A stretch of 64,000 nucleotides of DNA from an uncultured bacterium (GCA_963749495.1 CAVVMW010000023.1:320001-384000); one strand, 5' to 3'. Numbered from the stretch's first letter, positions 41,852 to 53,377 are shown. The notes: a model not told the origin generated them from the letters alone. Numbers and translations: made by a program.

Positions 41852-43011
41852 AGGCGGCCCTCCTTGAGCCGGGTTTCTTGCTCTTTTGGTATGCTGCCTT
41901 CGACGAAGGAGGAGTGGGTGGTAATTATGAACTGGCAGTCAGCGCCCATCTTCGGGAGCGCTGCCAAGAGTGCTTGCTGCTCTGGTGGGTGGAGGTGAAG
42001 CTCCAGCTCATCAATCAGCACTATCGATTTCCGGATGTTGAGCCTGACGAAGTCGGATACGATGGGAAAAACCGCTTGTTCGCCGGAAGACATTTCAGCG
42101 ATGTCGAAAACTCGCCCCTTGCGTTCCAGGAGGAAGTAGAAGCGCGATGTGCTTTCGGCTCCCGTGGTATCCATCGGCTGGGGGCCGCGAAACCTAGTAC
42201 CCGGGAAGACGCGCTCGAACGAATCTTCGAGCTCGGGGATGAAATCACGGCCCGCCGTCTTGAATCCGGAAACGTGATAGGTCCACCAGTCCTGGAGGAA
42301 CCGGCGAAGCTGCTCGACTCCGACCAACCACGATTCGCGCGGCTCAGGCTCGGCTCTTCGGAAATCGGCCTGGATACTCCCGCTCGAAGTGACCTCAGGT
42401 GGCTCGGACTGGTCTGGCTCTTCAACGTGGTCGTTGCTTGGCATCGCCAAAGCCTTGCCGAGATTGCGGTATTGGTCGTACCAAAATACGTCCCCAGCCT
42501 TGGCAAACATGTGCTTGAGCTCGGGTCTTCGCTGAGCCAGTTGCTTGACGTAGAAGCGCCCGAAGAGCTGCGCGCGCGCGTCTCGGCCGTCGGAATCTGT
42601 CACCTTCACCCGTCCGTTTTCGAGTACGACGGTGAGCCGCGTGTCCTCACCGATTTCAACCAACCTGGCCCCGTCCCGCTCGTAGTGCTTGCGCCACTCA
42701 GAGAATAGAGTTTTCGCTGTCGTGATTTCCTCGCTGTCGAGCAGTAACTGTAACTCCACGCGTGTCTTGCCCATTGTGCTGAGCCGCTGGGGCACGAAGC
42801 CGTACCAAGGAAACCTATCCATCGCGCTGACCCGACGCGTTGCGAGGCCGAGGGTAAGAGCAATCGCCTGGAGGATAGTGGTCTTGCCGGAGCCGTTGTC
42901 CCCGAGCACGGCATGTAGCGTGTCGGGTTGCTTCTCGCCAACTTGCTGCATCTTCAGCGTGGCGTCTTTGACGCCCTTAAAGTTTCTTATTGTCGCGGAG
43001 GTGATCTTCAC
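41842..43011 (-). CDS. ABC-type ATPase (AAA_15/AAA_21, AriA/OLD-like)
   Basis: IRNFKGV, Walker A GDNGSGKT, MSSGEQ, LIDELELHLHP, ITTHS; AAAGGA RBS. Confidence 0.9.
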   Translation of the reverse strand: MKITSATIRNFKGVKDATLKMQQVGEKQPDTLHAVLGDNGSGKTTILQAIALTLGLATRRVSAMDRFPWYGFVPQRLSTMGKTRVELQLLLDSEEITTAKTLFSEWRKHYERDGARLVEIGEDTRLTVVLENGRVKVTDSDGRDARAQLFGRFYVKQLAQRRPELKHMFAKAGDVFWYDQYRNLGKALAMPSNDHVEEPDQSEPPEVTSSGSIQADFRRAEPEPRESWLVGVEQLRRFLQDWWTYHVSGFKTAGRDFIPELEDSFERVFPGTRFRGPQPMDTTGAESTSRFYFLLERKGRVFDIAEMSSGEQAVFPIVSDFVRLNIRKSIVLIDELELHLHPPEQQALLAALPKMGADCQFIITTHSSFVEGSIPKEQETRLKEGRLCL

Positions 43012-43029
43012 GCGTCCTTTCTAAAACAG

Positions 43030-43712
43030 ACTGAAAAGAACTTGCTTTTCACGCGCCGGCATTTACTTGGCGCTGCGGGGGTGAGGGAGAATTGGTTTCT
43101 GGTCCCACTCATCATGGGGGGATGATGCCAGAGCGGCGCGGGCCCGTCAACCGGGGAATTCTGCCGCGAATTCTGCCGGTTCTTGGGGCGGTCTTGGCGG
43201 CGGCTGGGCCGGAAGCTCGAGCCAGGGCAGGAACCTGCGCAAAAACGGGTCTGGCTCCTCCCGGCCGAGGCATCCAGGGACCGTCGCCGGGCAAAGTGCT
43301 TCGGTCCCCAGGGCCTTAAGCCAGAGGCGCTCAATCTGTCAGCACATTCTCGTAATCCGGGGTGGGGTCAACGTCCTCACGGGGTTCGCAGGTGTAGCGC
43401 CCTGCGGCGCCCGGCGGAGACAAGCCCGCAGGCCTGCCTGCCGTAGCCTCGGCGCAGGCGGGCGGGTCGTGCCGGGCGCCGAGGTGGCGCAGGATCGTCT
43501 CCACCACCCAGGGGTCATCAATCACCGCGATCACGCGCGTGGGGTTCTGGCACACGGGGCAGCGCAGCGGGTCAACCTGCCAGACGCGGAGGATCCGCCT
43601 TCGCTAAAGCTACGGCGGGACAGGTCAGGTCTCGCCATTTCTTGGACGGGAGTTTCAAGGGTGGTGGCGGGGAAACCCCCGGCCGCTGCGGGACCAACTC
43701 TGGCGGCAGCCC
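43030..43712 (-). mobile_element. IS91-family remnant: transposase C-terminus and ori-like end
   Basis: KKWRDL|ILRVWQVDPLRCPVCQNPTRVIAVIDDPWVVETILRHLG; two ~30-bp palindrome insertions; downstream non-coding end resembles 33107-33204. Confidence 0.7.
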
Positions 43713-43715
43713 TCG

Positions 43716-43890
43716 GTGGCGGATGCCGGGAACTGGCACCTGCTGGCGTTGAATCCGGCGGCGAGCCGCGTTGAGACCTTCGCCCTCTCCCGCTGTCACT
43801 CCATCGAGGGGACCGGGCTGCACTTCGCGCGTCCGGTTGGCTTCGACGCCCGGGGTTTCTTCAAGGACGCCTTCGGCATCAGCCACGCCG
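43716..43890 (+). pseudogene. WYL-domain fragment
   Basis: GNWHLLALNPAASRVETFALSR...FDARGFFKDAFGI. Confidence 0.75.
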
Positions 43891-43902
43891 CAGCAACCGG
43901 AC

Positions 43903-43989
43903 GACAAGATGGGTTTCGCCGAGGTCAAAGGCCAGGAATCGGTCAAAGGCGCCCTCGAGCTCGCCGCGAGGGGCGGACATAATTTGCTG
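43903..43989 (+). pseudogene. comM: comM/yifB fragment (upstream part)
   Basis: FAEVKGQESVKGALELAARGGHNLL. Confidence 0.88.
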
Positions 43990-43992
43990 ACG

Positions 43993-44079
43993 TTTCAGCC
44001 GTCCCTTCGGGACTCGGGTTGCCTGCGCCTTCAACGCAAGGTTGAAACCTTGGGCTATTCTCGGATGTCGCTGCGGGAC
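43993..44079 (-). repeat. right arm of the split REP doublet
   Basis: Reverse complement aligns with the 40515-40721 arm once the MITE is removed. Confidence 0.85.
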
Positions 44080-44143
44080 AAAACTCGACGGCAGCGATTC
44101 GGCTCCCAAGTTTTCGCGGCAACGCCACCCGGCAGGCGGCGCC

Positions 44144-46925
44144 TCACTTTCTAAGCCGGTAAAACCTAGTGCCGGCGGAGACGTCGACCACGACTTTGTT
44201 GCCGCTGACGCCACTGACGGGTGTCCAGGAGGTGGCGGGCAGCTTGTCCGCGGATTCGAGCGTGAAGCCCAGAGCATCTGCCGGCCAGGTAAGGGTGAGT
44301 TGCTGGCCGGAACGCGAGAAGCTGAGCGCAGGCGGTGGCGCCGCTCCGACCATGGCCAGGAAATGGTTCTGGATGGCGCCGGCACTGAGCGTGGCGCCGT
44401 AGAATGCCACCTCATCCAGCGCCCCGATCCACCCCTCGGGCGTGCTGGCCGGGGCGGAGGAACCGATTTGGGTGGTCAGACCCGTGCTGAGATCGATCGG
44501 TTGGCCGAACGTGCCGAGCAACGCGCCGTCCCAATACATGGACACCGAGCCGCCGCCAAAGGCCGCCGCGTAATGGTGCCAGCCCGTCGTATCGGCCAGG
44601 CCCAGGGTCTGGAAATGCGAGCCGTTCCAGTTGCCGATCCCATCCCGGTTGCGCCCCATGTGGATGCTCCAGTCGGTCGGCCCGCCGTTGCGGTCGGCGG
44701 CCACGCACGGGTCATAGCCGGGATTGGTGGTCCAGTCAGCCCGTATCCAGGCCTCGACTGTTCCGGCGCCATTGGCGAAATCAAAGTCGGGCACAGTTCC
44801 CAAATCAATGTTGCCGGTGCCGTCGAGCAACAGCGCCTGGTCTGTTCCCTGGCCAACTCCCCCGGTGAAGGTCACGTTGCCGACGGTCGAGCCGGGGTGG
44901 CTGTCCTTGGAGTCGCTGGCATCGCCGTTGTCGAATGTGTAATACGAGATCAGGCTGGCCTCTCCGAGCACGGCGGCCCGGGTACTGGGCCAGGTTGCTG
45001 CCCACTTGCAAGGTCGCCGACATGCTGCTGGTCGTCCCGCCCGGATTGGACACCTTGGCGTAGTAAGCGCCGGCATCGCTCGCCGCCAGGCTCGTGAAGG
45101 CGAGCGTCCAATTGGTGGCCCCGCTAATCGGGCTGCCATTTTTGTACCATTGATAGCTCAATTGCGCGCCCGCGGCCCATACGGTCAGTTGGAGCGGCCG
45201 GCCGGGATAGGACGTGCCGCCCACCGGCTGCACGGTGATGAGCGGCGGCGCATTGCCGAGAAAGGCCGCATAGTGAGCCTGGACCGACGCGGCGGGCAGG
45301 GCCTCCCCATAGAAGGCCACCTCATCGAGCATGCCGATCCATCCCTCGGTCGTGGACAGCCCCGAAGATGAACCCAGTTGAACGGTCGCCGGGCTGGAGC
45401 CCAGTGGCTGGGCGATGGTTCCGAGCAATACACCATCCCAATAGAGACTGAAGTTCCCACTGTCCCAGACGACCGCCAGGGCGTGCCAATTGGCCCCGGC
45501 GTCCGGCATCGGAAAAGGCTGATAGGTCATGCCGTTCCACATGCCCACGGCGCGCTTGTCCGAAGTCATGTGAATGCTCCAGTCAACCGTGCCGCCCTCG
45601 CGGTCGGCAAAGATCGCGGGATTATATCCGATGCTCGTCCAGTCCGCCCGCACCCAGGCCTCCACCGAGCCGGCTCCGCTCAGGAAGTCAAAGTCCGGGA
45701 CGCTGCCAAAGCCGACAAACCCCGCGCCATCGAGCAGCAGGGCCTGGTCCGGACCGCCCGCCAGGCCCTGGCCGAAGTCGGCCGTGCCCTGGAGCATGCC
45801 GTCGTGCGCTCCTTTGGTGTCGGCGGCAGTCAACCGGTCGAATGTGTAATAGGAAATGAGGCTGGGCTCATTGGTGACAGCGTGCTCATAGGCAACCAGG
45901 GCCGGCGCCAGCGAAGGCGCCAGGGCAACGATGGCATCGCTGCTGACGAGATTGCTGGCCGGGTTGGAGACCACGACGTGATAGGTGGCGGCGTCGGCCG
46001 CGGCCAGGCTGGGGAAGGCGAGGGCGGAGGCCTTTGCTCCCGAGATGGGATTGCCGTTCTTGAACCACTGATAGCTCAGGTTCGGGCCGGTGGCCACCAC
46101 TTTGAGTTGCAGCGGCACGCCGGGCAGGTAAATCCCGCTCCTGGGTTGGGTGACAATCACCGGGGGCGTGCCGATGAACAGCGCCTGGTAATGCGTCTGC
46201 ACCGAGGCCTCCGAAAGGGCCTCGGCATAAAACGCGACTTCATCGAGCATGCCCACCCAGCCTTCATCGGTCGCCCCGGCGGACGAAGACCCCAGTTGGG
46301 TTGTCTCCGGGCTGGGGCCCAGGTCCTGGTTCCGGGTTCCGACGGCGGCGCCGTCCCAATATATTGTCACCAAGCCAAGCCCGGAGGAATTGTCAAAAAC
46401 GACGGCGAGGTGATGCCAATTGGTGCCCGGTGGCGGAATGGCCAACGGCGCGTAAGTGTTGCCATTCCACACGCCGACACCGCTCTTGTCTCCATTCATG
46501 TGAACACTCCAGGTCACCGGGCCGCCGTCCCGGTCGGCAAAGATACATGGATTGTAGGCGCCCAGCACTCCCGGCCAATCCGCCCGCACCCAGGCCTCGA
46601 CCGAGCCGGTCCCGGGGGCGAAGTCAAAGGCCGGCACCAGGCCCAGGGTGACACGCCCGGCTCCATCGAGTTGCACAGCCAGGCCGGCGCCCAGGACGCC
46701 AGCACCGAACTTGGCCGTGCCCGCAAGGGCGCCGTTATTGGGTCCGACGCTGTCATTGGCGTTGGTCCGGTCAAATGTGTAGTAGGAGATGAGGCTGGCC
46801 TCATTGGTAACGGCCTTCTGGTAATCCTGCAGCGTGGCCCTGGCTGAGGCGCTCCAGAGCAGAGACGCAATGGTTAAGGACAAGGTCCAGACCTTGGCCA
46901 AAGAGTTGATGGGAATCCTTTTCAT
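44144..46925 (-). CDS. secreted protein with three LamG-like and two Ig-like domains, frameshift near 44980
   Basis: Three LISYYTFD...VEAW.RADW...W.G.LDEVAFY repeats; P.I..QP...YQW.KNG Ig domains; ends RFYRLRK. Confidence 0.88.
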
Positions 46926-46979
46926 ATGCTGTGGTTAGTGCGCTGGGGTTCATATAAAGTCAAGTTCAAACGGCAAACT

Positions 46980-47249
46980 GGGTGGGATTAAAACTGTCGG
47001 TCAGCCACGGGCGCCTCTTTGCCCCGGAGGGGCTTCCGAGAATAGCCCGGCGTTTCAACGCCGGGTAAGCGAACCCGACAAGCGGGTCCGTCCCGAAGGG
47101 ACGGTTGAAAGCAAGGAGTGCTTTCAGCCGTCCCTACGGGACGAGGTTCCCTTTCTTGGCCTTCCCGGCGTTGAAACGCCGGGCTATTGTCGGATGTCCC
47201 TCCGGGACAAAAACCCCAGGTCGCATGCCCGACACTTTTAACCTCGCCC
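46980..47249. mobile_element. MITE (ISKra4-like ends) carrying a REP doublet
   Basis: Ends GGGTGGGATTAAAACTGTCGG / CCGACACTTTTAACCTCGCCC; family of the 27599 and 54242 copies. Confidence 0.85.
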
Positions 47250-47381
47250 CAGAGAAAAGTTGTTCTTGGGTTTGGCAAGTGTCCTGGTAGTATCCTGGTG
47301 AAAACGACGAGCCTGGGCCCGGCCCTTTCGCTGAAGCGACGGCGCCCGGCTCGTGCCCCTGTTGGCCAAATGAGAAACGAC

Positions 47382-50300
47382 ATGAACCTGTTTGTCCCGA
47401 CCGCTGTGCGGACGGCCTCGAAGGCCGTTGCGTCTCTGGCCCTGGTCCTGCCCGGCCTGTGGCTGGCGCCGGCCGCCATCGCCCAGACCAGTTACGAGAA
47501 CTACACTTTCATCACGCTGGCCGGGCAGCAGCCCTCAGGCTGGTGCGATGGCACCGGCAGCGCCGCCCGGTTCAATGCCCCCTTTGCCGTGGCGGCCGAC
47601 ACCGAGGGCAATTGCTACGTCGCGGACTGCTATAATCACACTGTCCGCAAGGTGAGCGCCGGCGGAGTGGTGACCACGCTGGCCGGATTGGCGGGAAACC
47701 CCGGAGCGGCCAACGGCGCCGGGCACGCAGCCAATTTCAATTATCCCCGGGGCATGGCGGTCGATTCCGGCGGCAACGCGTATGCGGCCGACTTCCAAAG
47801 CCACACGATCCGCAAGATCACCCCGGCGGGGTTGGTGACGACCCTGGCCGGCCTGGCGGGCACGGCCGGGACCGTTGACGGCACTGGCAGCGCGGCCCGC
47901 TTCATGTACCCCCAGGGGCTTGCCGTCAACGCCAGCAACAACCTGTATGTGGCCGACACCGGCAATTGCGCGATTCGGAAGATCACTCCAGCCGGAGTGG
48001 TGACCACCCTGGCAGGCAAAGCGGGCATCTATGGCACGAACGACGCCACGAAGGGCGCGAACGCCAGGTTCCGCTATCCTTACGGCGTGGCGGTGGACGC
48101 GGCAGGCAACGTCTATGTGGCGGATACCTACAGCCACACGATTCGCAAGGTGAGCCAAAGCGGGGCGGTGACGACGCTGGCGGGCGCCGCCGGCACCAGT
48201 GGCACGAACGACGGTGCCGGGACCGCCGCCCGGTTCTGTTATCCCTACAGCGTCGCGGTGGACGCCCAAGGCAATATTTATGTGGCCGACACCTCCAACC
48301 ACACGATTCGCATGGTGACTCAAAGCGGGGCGGTGACGACGCTGGCGGGCGTCGGCGGCAGCAGTGGCTCGGCGGACGGGGCCTCGACCGACGCGCGGTT
48401 CACCTATCCGTGCGGCGTGGCGCTGGCGCCCGGCGGCAGTCTCCTGGTGGCGGATACGAGCAATCAAGCGATTCGACAGGTGGTGACCAATGGCACGGTG
48501 ACGACGCTGGCAGGCGTGTTGGCGGGCCCCGGCAGCGCCGATGGCCCCGGCACGGCCGCCCGCTTCAACAACCCCTGCGGAGTGGGCGTTGACAGCGCCG
48601 GCAATGTCTATGTCTCGGACCTGGCCAACAATACGATTCGGCGGATAGCCCCGGGCGGCGCCGTGACGACGCTGGCGGGCCTGGCGGGAAGCCCAGGCAC
48701 CAACGACGGCACGGGCAGCGCGGCCAGCTTCCGCGAACCCGCCGGCCTGGCCGTGGACCAGGACGGTAATGTGTATGTCGCCGAGTTTGCAAACCACACC
48801 ATCCGCAAGGTTACGCCTGCCGGCGTGGTCACGACCCTGGCCGGCAGCGCGCTCCAGAGCGGCTCAACCAACGGCCCAGGCACTGCCGCCCGTTTCTTCA
48901 ATCCTACGGGCGTTGCCGTGGACAACGCGGGCAACGTCTATGTCGCGGACACAATGAACGATATGATCCGCAAGATCGCTGTCGACGGGACGGTATCGAC
49001 CGTGGCCGGGACAGCCGGCAGCATAGGCGCCCAGGACGGTCCGGCCGCCTCCGCCCTCTTCGGTCACCCGCAAGGTATCGCTGTCGATGCCGCCGGCAAC
49101 CTGTTCGTGGCGGACACCGGCAACGCCGTGATTCGCAAGATCACGCCGGACGGCACGGTCTCGACCTTGGCCGGCAAGGCGCAGGTTAGCGGGGCCGCCG
49201 ATGGCGTGGGCGGCGCCGCTCGCTTCAACCAGCCCTTCGCCATCGCCCTGGACCCCCAGGGCGCTCTCTACGTGGCGGAGAGCGGGAACAATACTATTCG
49301 AAAGGTCGCTGCCGATGGAACGGTGACGACGCTCGGAGGGATTGCCGGGGTTGCCGGCGGCGTGGATGGGACCGGGTTCGGGGCTACCTTTGACTCTCCG
49401 GAGGGCGTGGCCGTGGGGACCAATGGAATCCTCTATGTGAGCAGCTCGAGCAGCCACACCATCCGCAAAGGCAACCCGGTCCTGCCTGACAGCCCAGTCG
49501 TGGACTCGGCCTTGGGTCCGCCGGGAACCACCCGGCATTTGGATGTCGCCCATCTCACCGCCACCTCCTGGGCGTGGAGCATCGTTCGCTGCCCGGCCTC
49601 CTCGACAAACGCCCAATTGTCCTCCACCTCTGCCCAGAACCCCACACTCACTCCGGATGTTCCCGACCTGTTCGTGGTCCGGTTCCAAGGCACGGACAAC
49701 CTCGGCCGCACTGCCATGGGCACGGTCTGGGCGGTCGCAGCCGACCTCGCCCCGCCTGCCTTGACTATCACGGCGCCGGTCTCCAAAGCGCAAATAACCA
49801 ACTCGGCTTATATCATCACGGGCAGCGCCAGCGACGATGTGGGCGTCGGCAGTGTCTGGTGCCGCCTCAACGGCGGGGCCTGGGTCCAGGCCGCAGGCAC
49901 GACCGACTGGCGGGCGCCCGTGAACCTGGCCTTGGCCCAAAACACTCTCAGGGCCTATGCCGTCGATCTCACCGGCAAATACTCACACACCAATACTGTC
50001 AACTTCACCTTCAGCCCGCTCTTGAAGCTGGGGGCCTCCGGCGGCGCCGGGATGATCGCACCTTACTATGACGGCCAGCCCATGGTGCCGGGCAAGACCT
50101 ATACCATCAATGCCACCCCAGCCCCCGGCGAAATCTTCGTCAATTGGACCGATGGCACCGGCCATGTCCTGGGCACCAACACCAGGCTAACCTTCACGAT
50201 GACCCCCAACCTGGTCCTGGTGGCCAATTTCGAGCCCAACCCGTTCCTTCCGCTCAAGGGTACTTACGCCGGCCTGTTCGCAGATGCCAACGCCGACCAG

Positions 50301-51272
50301 TGGTCCACGTTCAACGCCGGGCTCTTCTCCGCTACGCTCACGGACAAGGGCGGCCTGACCGCCAAACTCCAGATGGGCGGCGCCACTTATCCGCTCTCCG
50401 GCTCGTTCTCGGCCGCCGGGACCTGCTCGAACTGGATAGCCTCCTCGGCGCAGGGCCCTCTGTCGGTCAAGCTCCAACTGGACCTGAGTGGCAGCCAGGG
50501 CATCACCGGAGTGGTTGGCGCCCGCACCTGGAGCGCGGATTTGGCCGCCTACCGCGGGCGGTATTCGCTCACCAACCGCGCGCCTGAATCGGCCGCGAAA
50601 TACACGCTGGTCATTCCAGGGGCACAGGACCCCTCGCTCGAGCCCGGCGGCTATGGCTTTGGCACCCTGAGCGTGGACCCCTCGGGCAACGTCAACGTCA
50701 GCGTCACGCTGGGGGATGGCAACAAAGCGACCCAGACCACCGTGATCGTGGGCCAGGGCCAGGACCCGGACCAATGGCCGCTCTACCTGGTGCCAACCTC
50801 GGGCCAGTGGATGGTGCGCGGTTGGCTGGGCTTCGTGACCAATGCCACAGACCAGGCCGCTGTGGGCCAGGTGAGCTGGGTCAAGGCGCCCAAAGCGTCC
50901 GATAAACTCTATGCCGGCGGCTTCCATTTCTCCGGCGGGCTCGATGTGTCGGAGTCTCCCTACTCGAGTGTCACAGGCACCGCGGCGCTTGGGTGGACCC
51001 AGGGTGAACTGGACCTGACGGGCGGCAACCTTCCTTCGGCCCTGGCCTACGGGGTCCAGTTGGGAGCGAACAACAAGCTGGGCGGGACGACCAACAAGAC
51101 CCTGAGCCTGACGATAACCTCAACTTCCGGAACGTTCCTGGGCAGCGTGCCCGGGCCCGCGGGCAAGACGCTCTCGGTCAGCGGCGTGGTGCTCCAAAAC
51201 CAGAACGCCGGCTTCGGCCTGTTCCTGGGCCAGACCCAGAGCGGGAGCGTGCGGATGGGCGGGCCGCAGTGA
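47382..51272 (+). CDS. secreted NHL-repeat (beta-propeller) protein with Ig-like C-terminal region
   Basis: About 12 repeats of DG.G.AARF..P.GVAVD..GNVYVAD..N.TIRKI. Confidence 0.92.
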   Translation: MNLFVPTAVRTASKAVASLALVLPGLWLAPAAIAQTSYENYTFITLAGQQPSGWCDGTGSAARFNAPFAVAADTEGNCYVADCYNHTVRKVSAGGVVTTLAGLAGNPGAANGAGHAANFNYPRGMAVDSGGNAYAADFQSHTIRKITPAGLVTTLAGLAGTAGTVDGTGSAARFMYPQGLAVNASNNLYVADTGNCAIRKITPAGVVTTLAGKAGIYGTNDATKGANARFRYPYGVAVDAAGNVYVADTYSHTIRKVSQSGAVTTLAGAAGTSGTNDGAGTAARFCYPYSVAVDAQGNIYVADTSNHTIRMVTQSGAVTTLAGVGGSSGSADGASTDARFTYPCGVALAPGGSLLVADTSNQAIRQVVTNGTVTTLAGVLAGPGSADGPGTAARFNNPCGVGVDSAGNVYVSDLANNTIRRIAPGGAVTTLAGLAGSPGTNDGTGSAASFREPAGLAVDQDGNVYVAEFANHTIRKVTPAGVVTTLAGSALQSGSTNGPGTAARFFNPTGVAVDNAGNVYVADTMNDMIRKIAVDGTVSTVAGTAGSIGAQDGPAASALFGHPQGIAVDAAGNLFVADTGNAVIRKITPDGTVSTLAGKAQVSGAADGVGGAARFNQPFAIALDPQGALYVAESGNNTIRKVAADGTVTTLGGIAGVAGGVDGTGFGATFDSPEGVAVGTNGILYVSSSSSHTIRKGNPVLPDSPVVDSALGPPGTTRHLDVAHLTATSWAWSIVRCPASSTNAQLSSTSAQNPTLTPDVPDLFVVRFQGTDNLGRTAMGTVWAVAADLAPPALTITAPVSKAQITNSAYIITGSASDDVGVGSVWCRLNGGAWVQAAGTTDWRAPVNLALAQNTLRAYAVDLTGKYSHTNTVNFTFSPLLKLGASGGAGMIAPYYDGQPMVPGKTYTINATPAPGEIFVNWTDGTGHVLGTNTRLTFTMTPNLVLVANFEPNPFLPLKGTYAGLFADANADQWSTFNAGLFSATLTDKGGLTAKLQMGGATYPLSGSFSAAGTCSNWIASSAQGPLSVKLQLDLSGSQGITGVVGARTWSADLAAYRGRYSLTNRAPESAAKYTLVIPGAQDPSLEPGGYGFGTLSVDPSGNVNVSVTLGDGNKATQTTVIVGQGQDPDQWPLYLVPTSGQWMVRGWLGFVTNATDQAAVGQVSWVKAPKASDKLYAGGFHFSGGLDVSESPYSSVTGTAALGWTQGELDLTGGNLPSALAYGVQLGANNKLGGTTNKTLSLTITSTSGTFLGSVPGPAGKTLSVSGVVLQNQNAGFGLFLGQTQSGSVRMGGPQ

Positions 51273-51282
51273 GGCCCGTGGG

Positions 51283-52536
51283 TTATCCCACCAGCAAAAG
51301 CAGGAGCATCCCCAGGGTGGTGCTCAGGATCGTGACGGGAATTCCAAAACGGGCATAATCCCAAAAACCGATCTCGACATGGCCCCGGGCGGACTCGACC
51401 ACGATGATGTTGGCCACCGAGCCGAGGATCGTGAGGTTGCCCGCGAAGGTTGTAGCCAGGGCCATAACCTTCCACATCAGCTCGGGCTGGGCAAAATTGC
51501 CGAGCCACTTGCCGGCAACCAGGACGAACGGCACGTTCGAGAAGACGTTCGAGCCCAAGGCCGAGAACCAGGCGAGGTTCCAGGCCTGGCTGACGGGCGT
51601 GGTCCCGAAGACGCCCCGGAGTTGGCCGTAGATCTGGTCCGGCAAACCGGTGCCGCTGAGCCCTTCGACGACCACGAAGAGCGAGGCAAAGAAGAGCAGC
51701 AGGTGCCAGTCCACCAGCTTGAGCACCTCATGGGTGTCCCGCCGCGCCAGCACCATTAAGAGCGCGCCCCCAGCCAGGGCGGTCCAGGACAGATTCCATC
51801 CCGCCACGAACCCGGCGAACACCAGCCCCAGCACGGCGAGGGTGAGCCCCAGCAGCCGGCGGTCCAACTGACGCGGCTCGGTGTCGGGCCGCTGGATGAC
51901 CGCCCGGCTGAGAGTCGCGCGGAAGCCGATTCGCAAGACGGCATACTCGACGGCCAGTCCCGCCAGGGCCGCCGGGAGCAGCGAGGCCGAGAACCGCAGG
52001 AAGGCAATCCGGGAGAGGTGGCCGATAATCATGTTTTGAGGATTGCCGACCAGGGTCGCCACGCTGCCGAGGTTGGCGCTCATCGCCAGGGCCAGCAGGT
52101 ACGGCGGCAACGGCAGTTTGCCCCGCACCATCACCGCCACGACCAGTGGCGTGAGCATCAGGCAAACGCTGTCGTTGACCAGCAGGGCGGACAGCATCCC
52201 CGAGGTGCCTACCAGATATAGCAGCAGAGCCTGGGGCGTCCTGGCCACCCGCAGTATCCTGTCGGCCGCCCAATCGAAAAAGCCCGCCAGGTAGAGATAG
52301 GAAGAGATCAGCATCATCCCCAAGAGCAGCACCAGCGTATCGTAATCCACCGAACGATAGACCTGCTGCGGCGTCATCACCCCGCACGCCACCATCAGCA
52401 CCGACCCGAGCAGGGCCGCCGCCGGCCGGTTCAACGGCAGGACCTTCAAGCGCCGGCCGCTGATCAGGAGATAGGTCAGGCAGAAGATGGCGATGGCTGC
52501 GAACTCTTTTTGGCTACTGAGAGTGAGCGGGTCCAT
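51283..52536 (-). CDS. ArsB/NhaD/CitMHS (SLC13-like) anion transporter
   Basis: [42 protein letters not shown]. Confidence 0.88.
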   Translation of the reverse strand: MDPLTLSSQKEFAAIAIFCLTYLLISGRRLKVLPLNRPAAALLGSVLMVACGVMTPQQVYRSVDYDTLVLLLGMMLISSYLYLAGFFDWAADRILRVARTPQALLLYLVGTSGMLSALLVNDSVCLMLTPLVVAVMVRGKLPLPPYLLALAMSANLGSVATLVGNPQNMIIGHLSRIAFLRFSASLLPAALAGLAVEYAVLRIGFRATLSRAVIQRPDTEPRQLDRRLLGLTLAVLGLVFAGFVAGWNLSWTALAGGALLMVLARRDTHEVLKLVDWHLLLFFASLFVVVEGLSGTGLPDQIYGQLRGVFGTTPVSQAWNLAWFSALGSNVFSNVPFVLVAGKWLGNFAQPELMWKVMALATTFAGNLTILGSVANIIVVESARGHVEIGFWDYARFGIPVTILSTTLGMLLLLLVG

Positions 52537-52562
52537 CGGACTCAAGAGCGGATCTTGTCCCT

Positions 52563-53339
52563 TCAGGTCATCCTTACCGGTATGCCCTTCCCCGCCAGAA
52601 ACCGCTTCACCTCCCCCACTGTGAATTCCCCATAGTGGAAGATGCTCGCCGCCAGCACGGCATCGGCCTTGCCCTCGAGCAGCACCTGGGCCATGTGCTC
52701 CAGAGTGCCCGCCCCGCCGCTGGCCACGACGGGCACGCCGACCGCTTCGCTGACGCGCCGGGTGATGACCAGGTCGAAGCCCGCCTTGGTGCCGTCGGCA
52801 TCGATGCTGTTGAGCACGATCTCGCCGGCGCCCAGGGAGACAGCGCGCCTGGCCCATTGGACCGCCTCGAGGCCCGTGGGTTTGCGGCCGCCATGGGAAA
52901 AGACCTCCCAGCGGTCCGGGGCGGCTCTCTTCGCATCAATGGAGACGACAATACACTGGCTGCCGAATTTTTCGGCCCCGGCGCGGATGAGGTCCGGGTT
53001 GGCCAGGGCGGAGGAGTTGATGCTGATCTTATCGGCGCCGGCGCGGAGCATCGTGTAGATGTCCTCAACCGAGCGGAGGCCGCCGCCGACCGTCAGCGGC
53101 ATGAAGCACTGGTCGGCCGCCCGCTCGATGACGTCCACCATAGTGGCGCGGCCATGCGCGCTGGCGGTGATGTCGAAGAAGACCATCTCGTCGGCGCCCT
53201 GCTCGTTGTAGCGCATGGCCAATTGGACCGGGTCGCCCACATTGCGCAATTCACCGGCCTCGGCCTTTCCGAACCGGACGCCGCGCGTGACCTGGCCCGC
53301 GTGAACGTCCAGGCACGGGATGACACGCTTTGCTATCAT
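52563..53339 (-). CDS. hisF: imidazole glycerol phosphate synthase subunit HisF
   Basis: [50 protein letters not shown]. Confidence 0.97.
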   Translation of the reverse strand: MIAKRVIPCLDVHAGQVTRGVRFGKAEAGELRNVGDPVQLAMRYNEQGADEMVFFDITASAHGRATMVDVIERAADQCFMPLTVGGGLRSVEDIYTMLRAGADKISINSSALANPDLIRAGAEKFGSQCIVVSIDAKRAAPDRWEVFSHGGRKPTGLEAVQWARRAVSLGAGEIVLNSIDADGTKAGFDLVITRRVSEAVGVPVVASGGAGTLEHMAQVLLEGKADAVLAASIFHYGEFTVGEVKRFLAGKGIPVRMT

Positions 53340-53377
53340 GGAGGAATATTGAACCGATTCGTCCCCAGGCAAGCCGC

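Noticed and set aside
47520..49470. NHL and LamG nucleotide repeats as a diversifying array
   Set aside because: Ordinary protein-domain repeats with synonymous divergence
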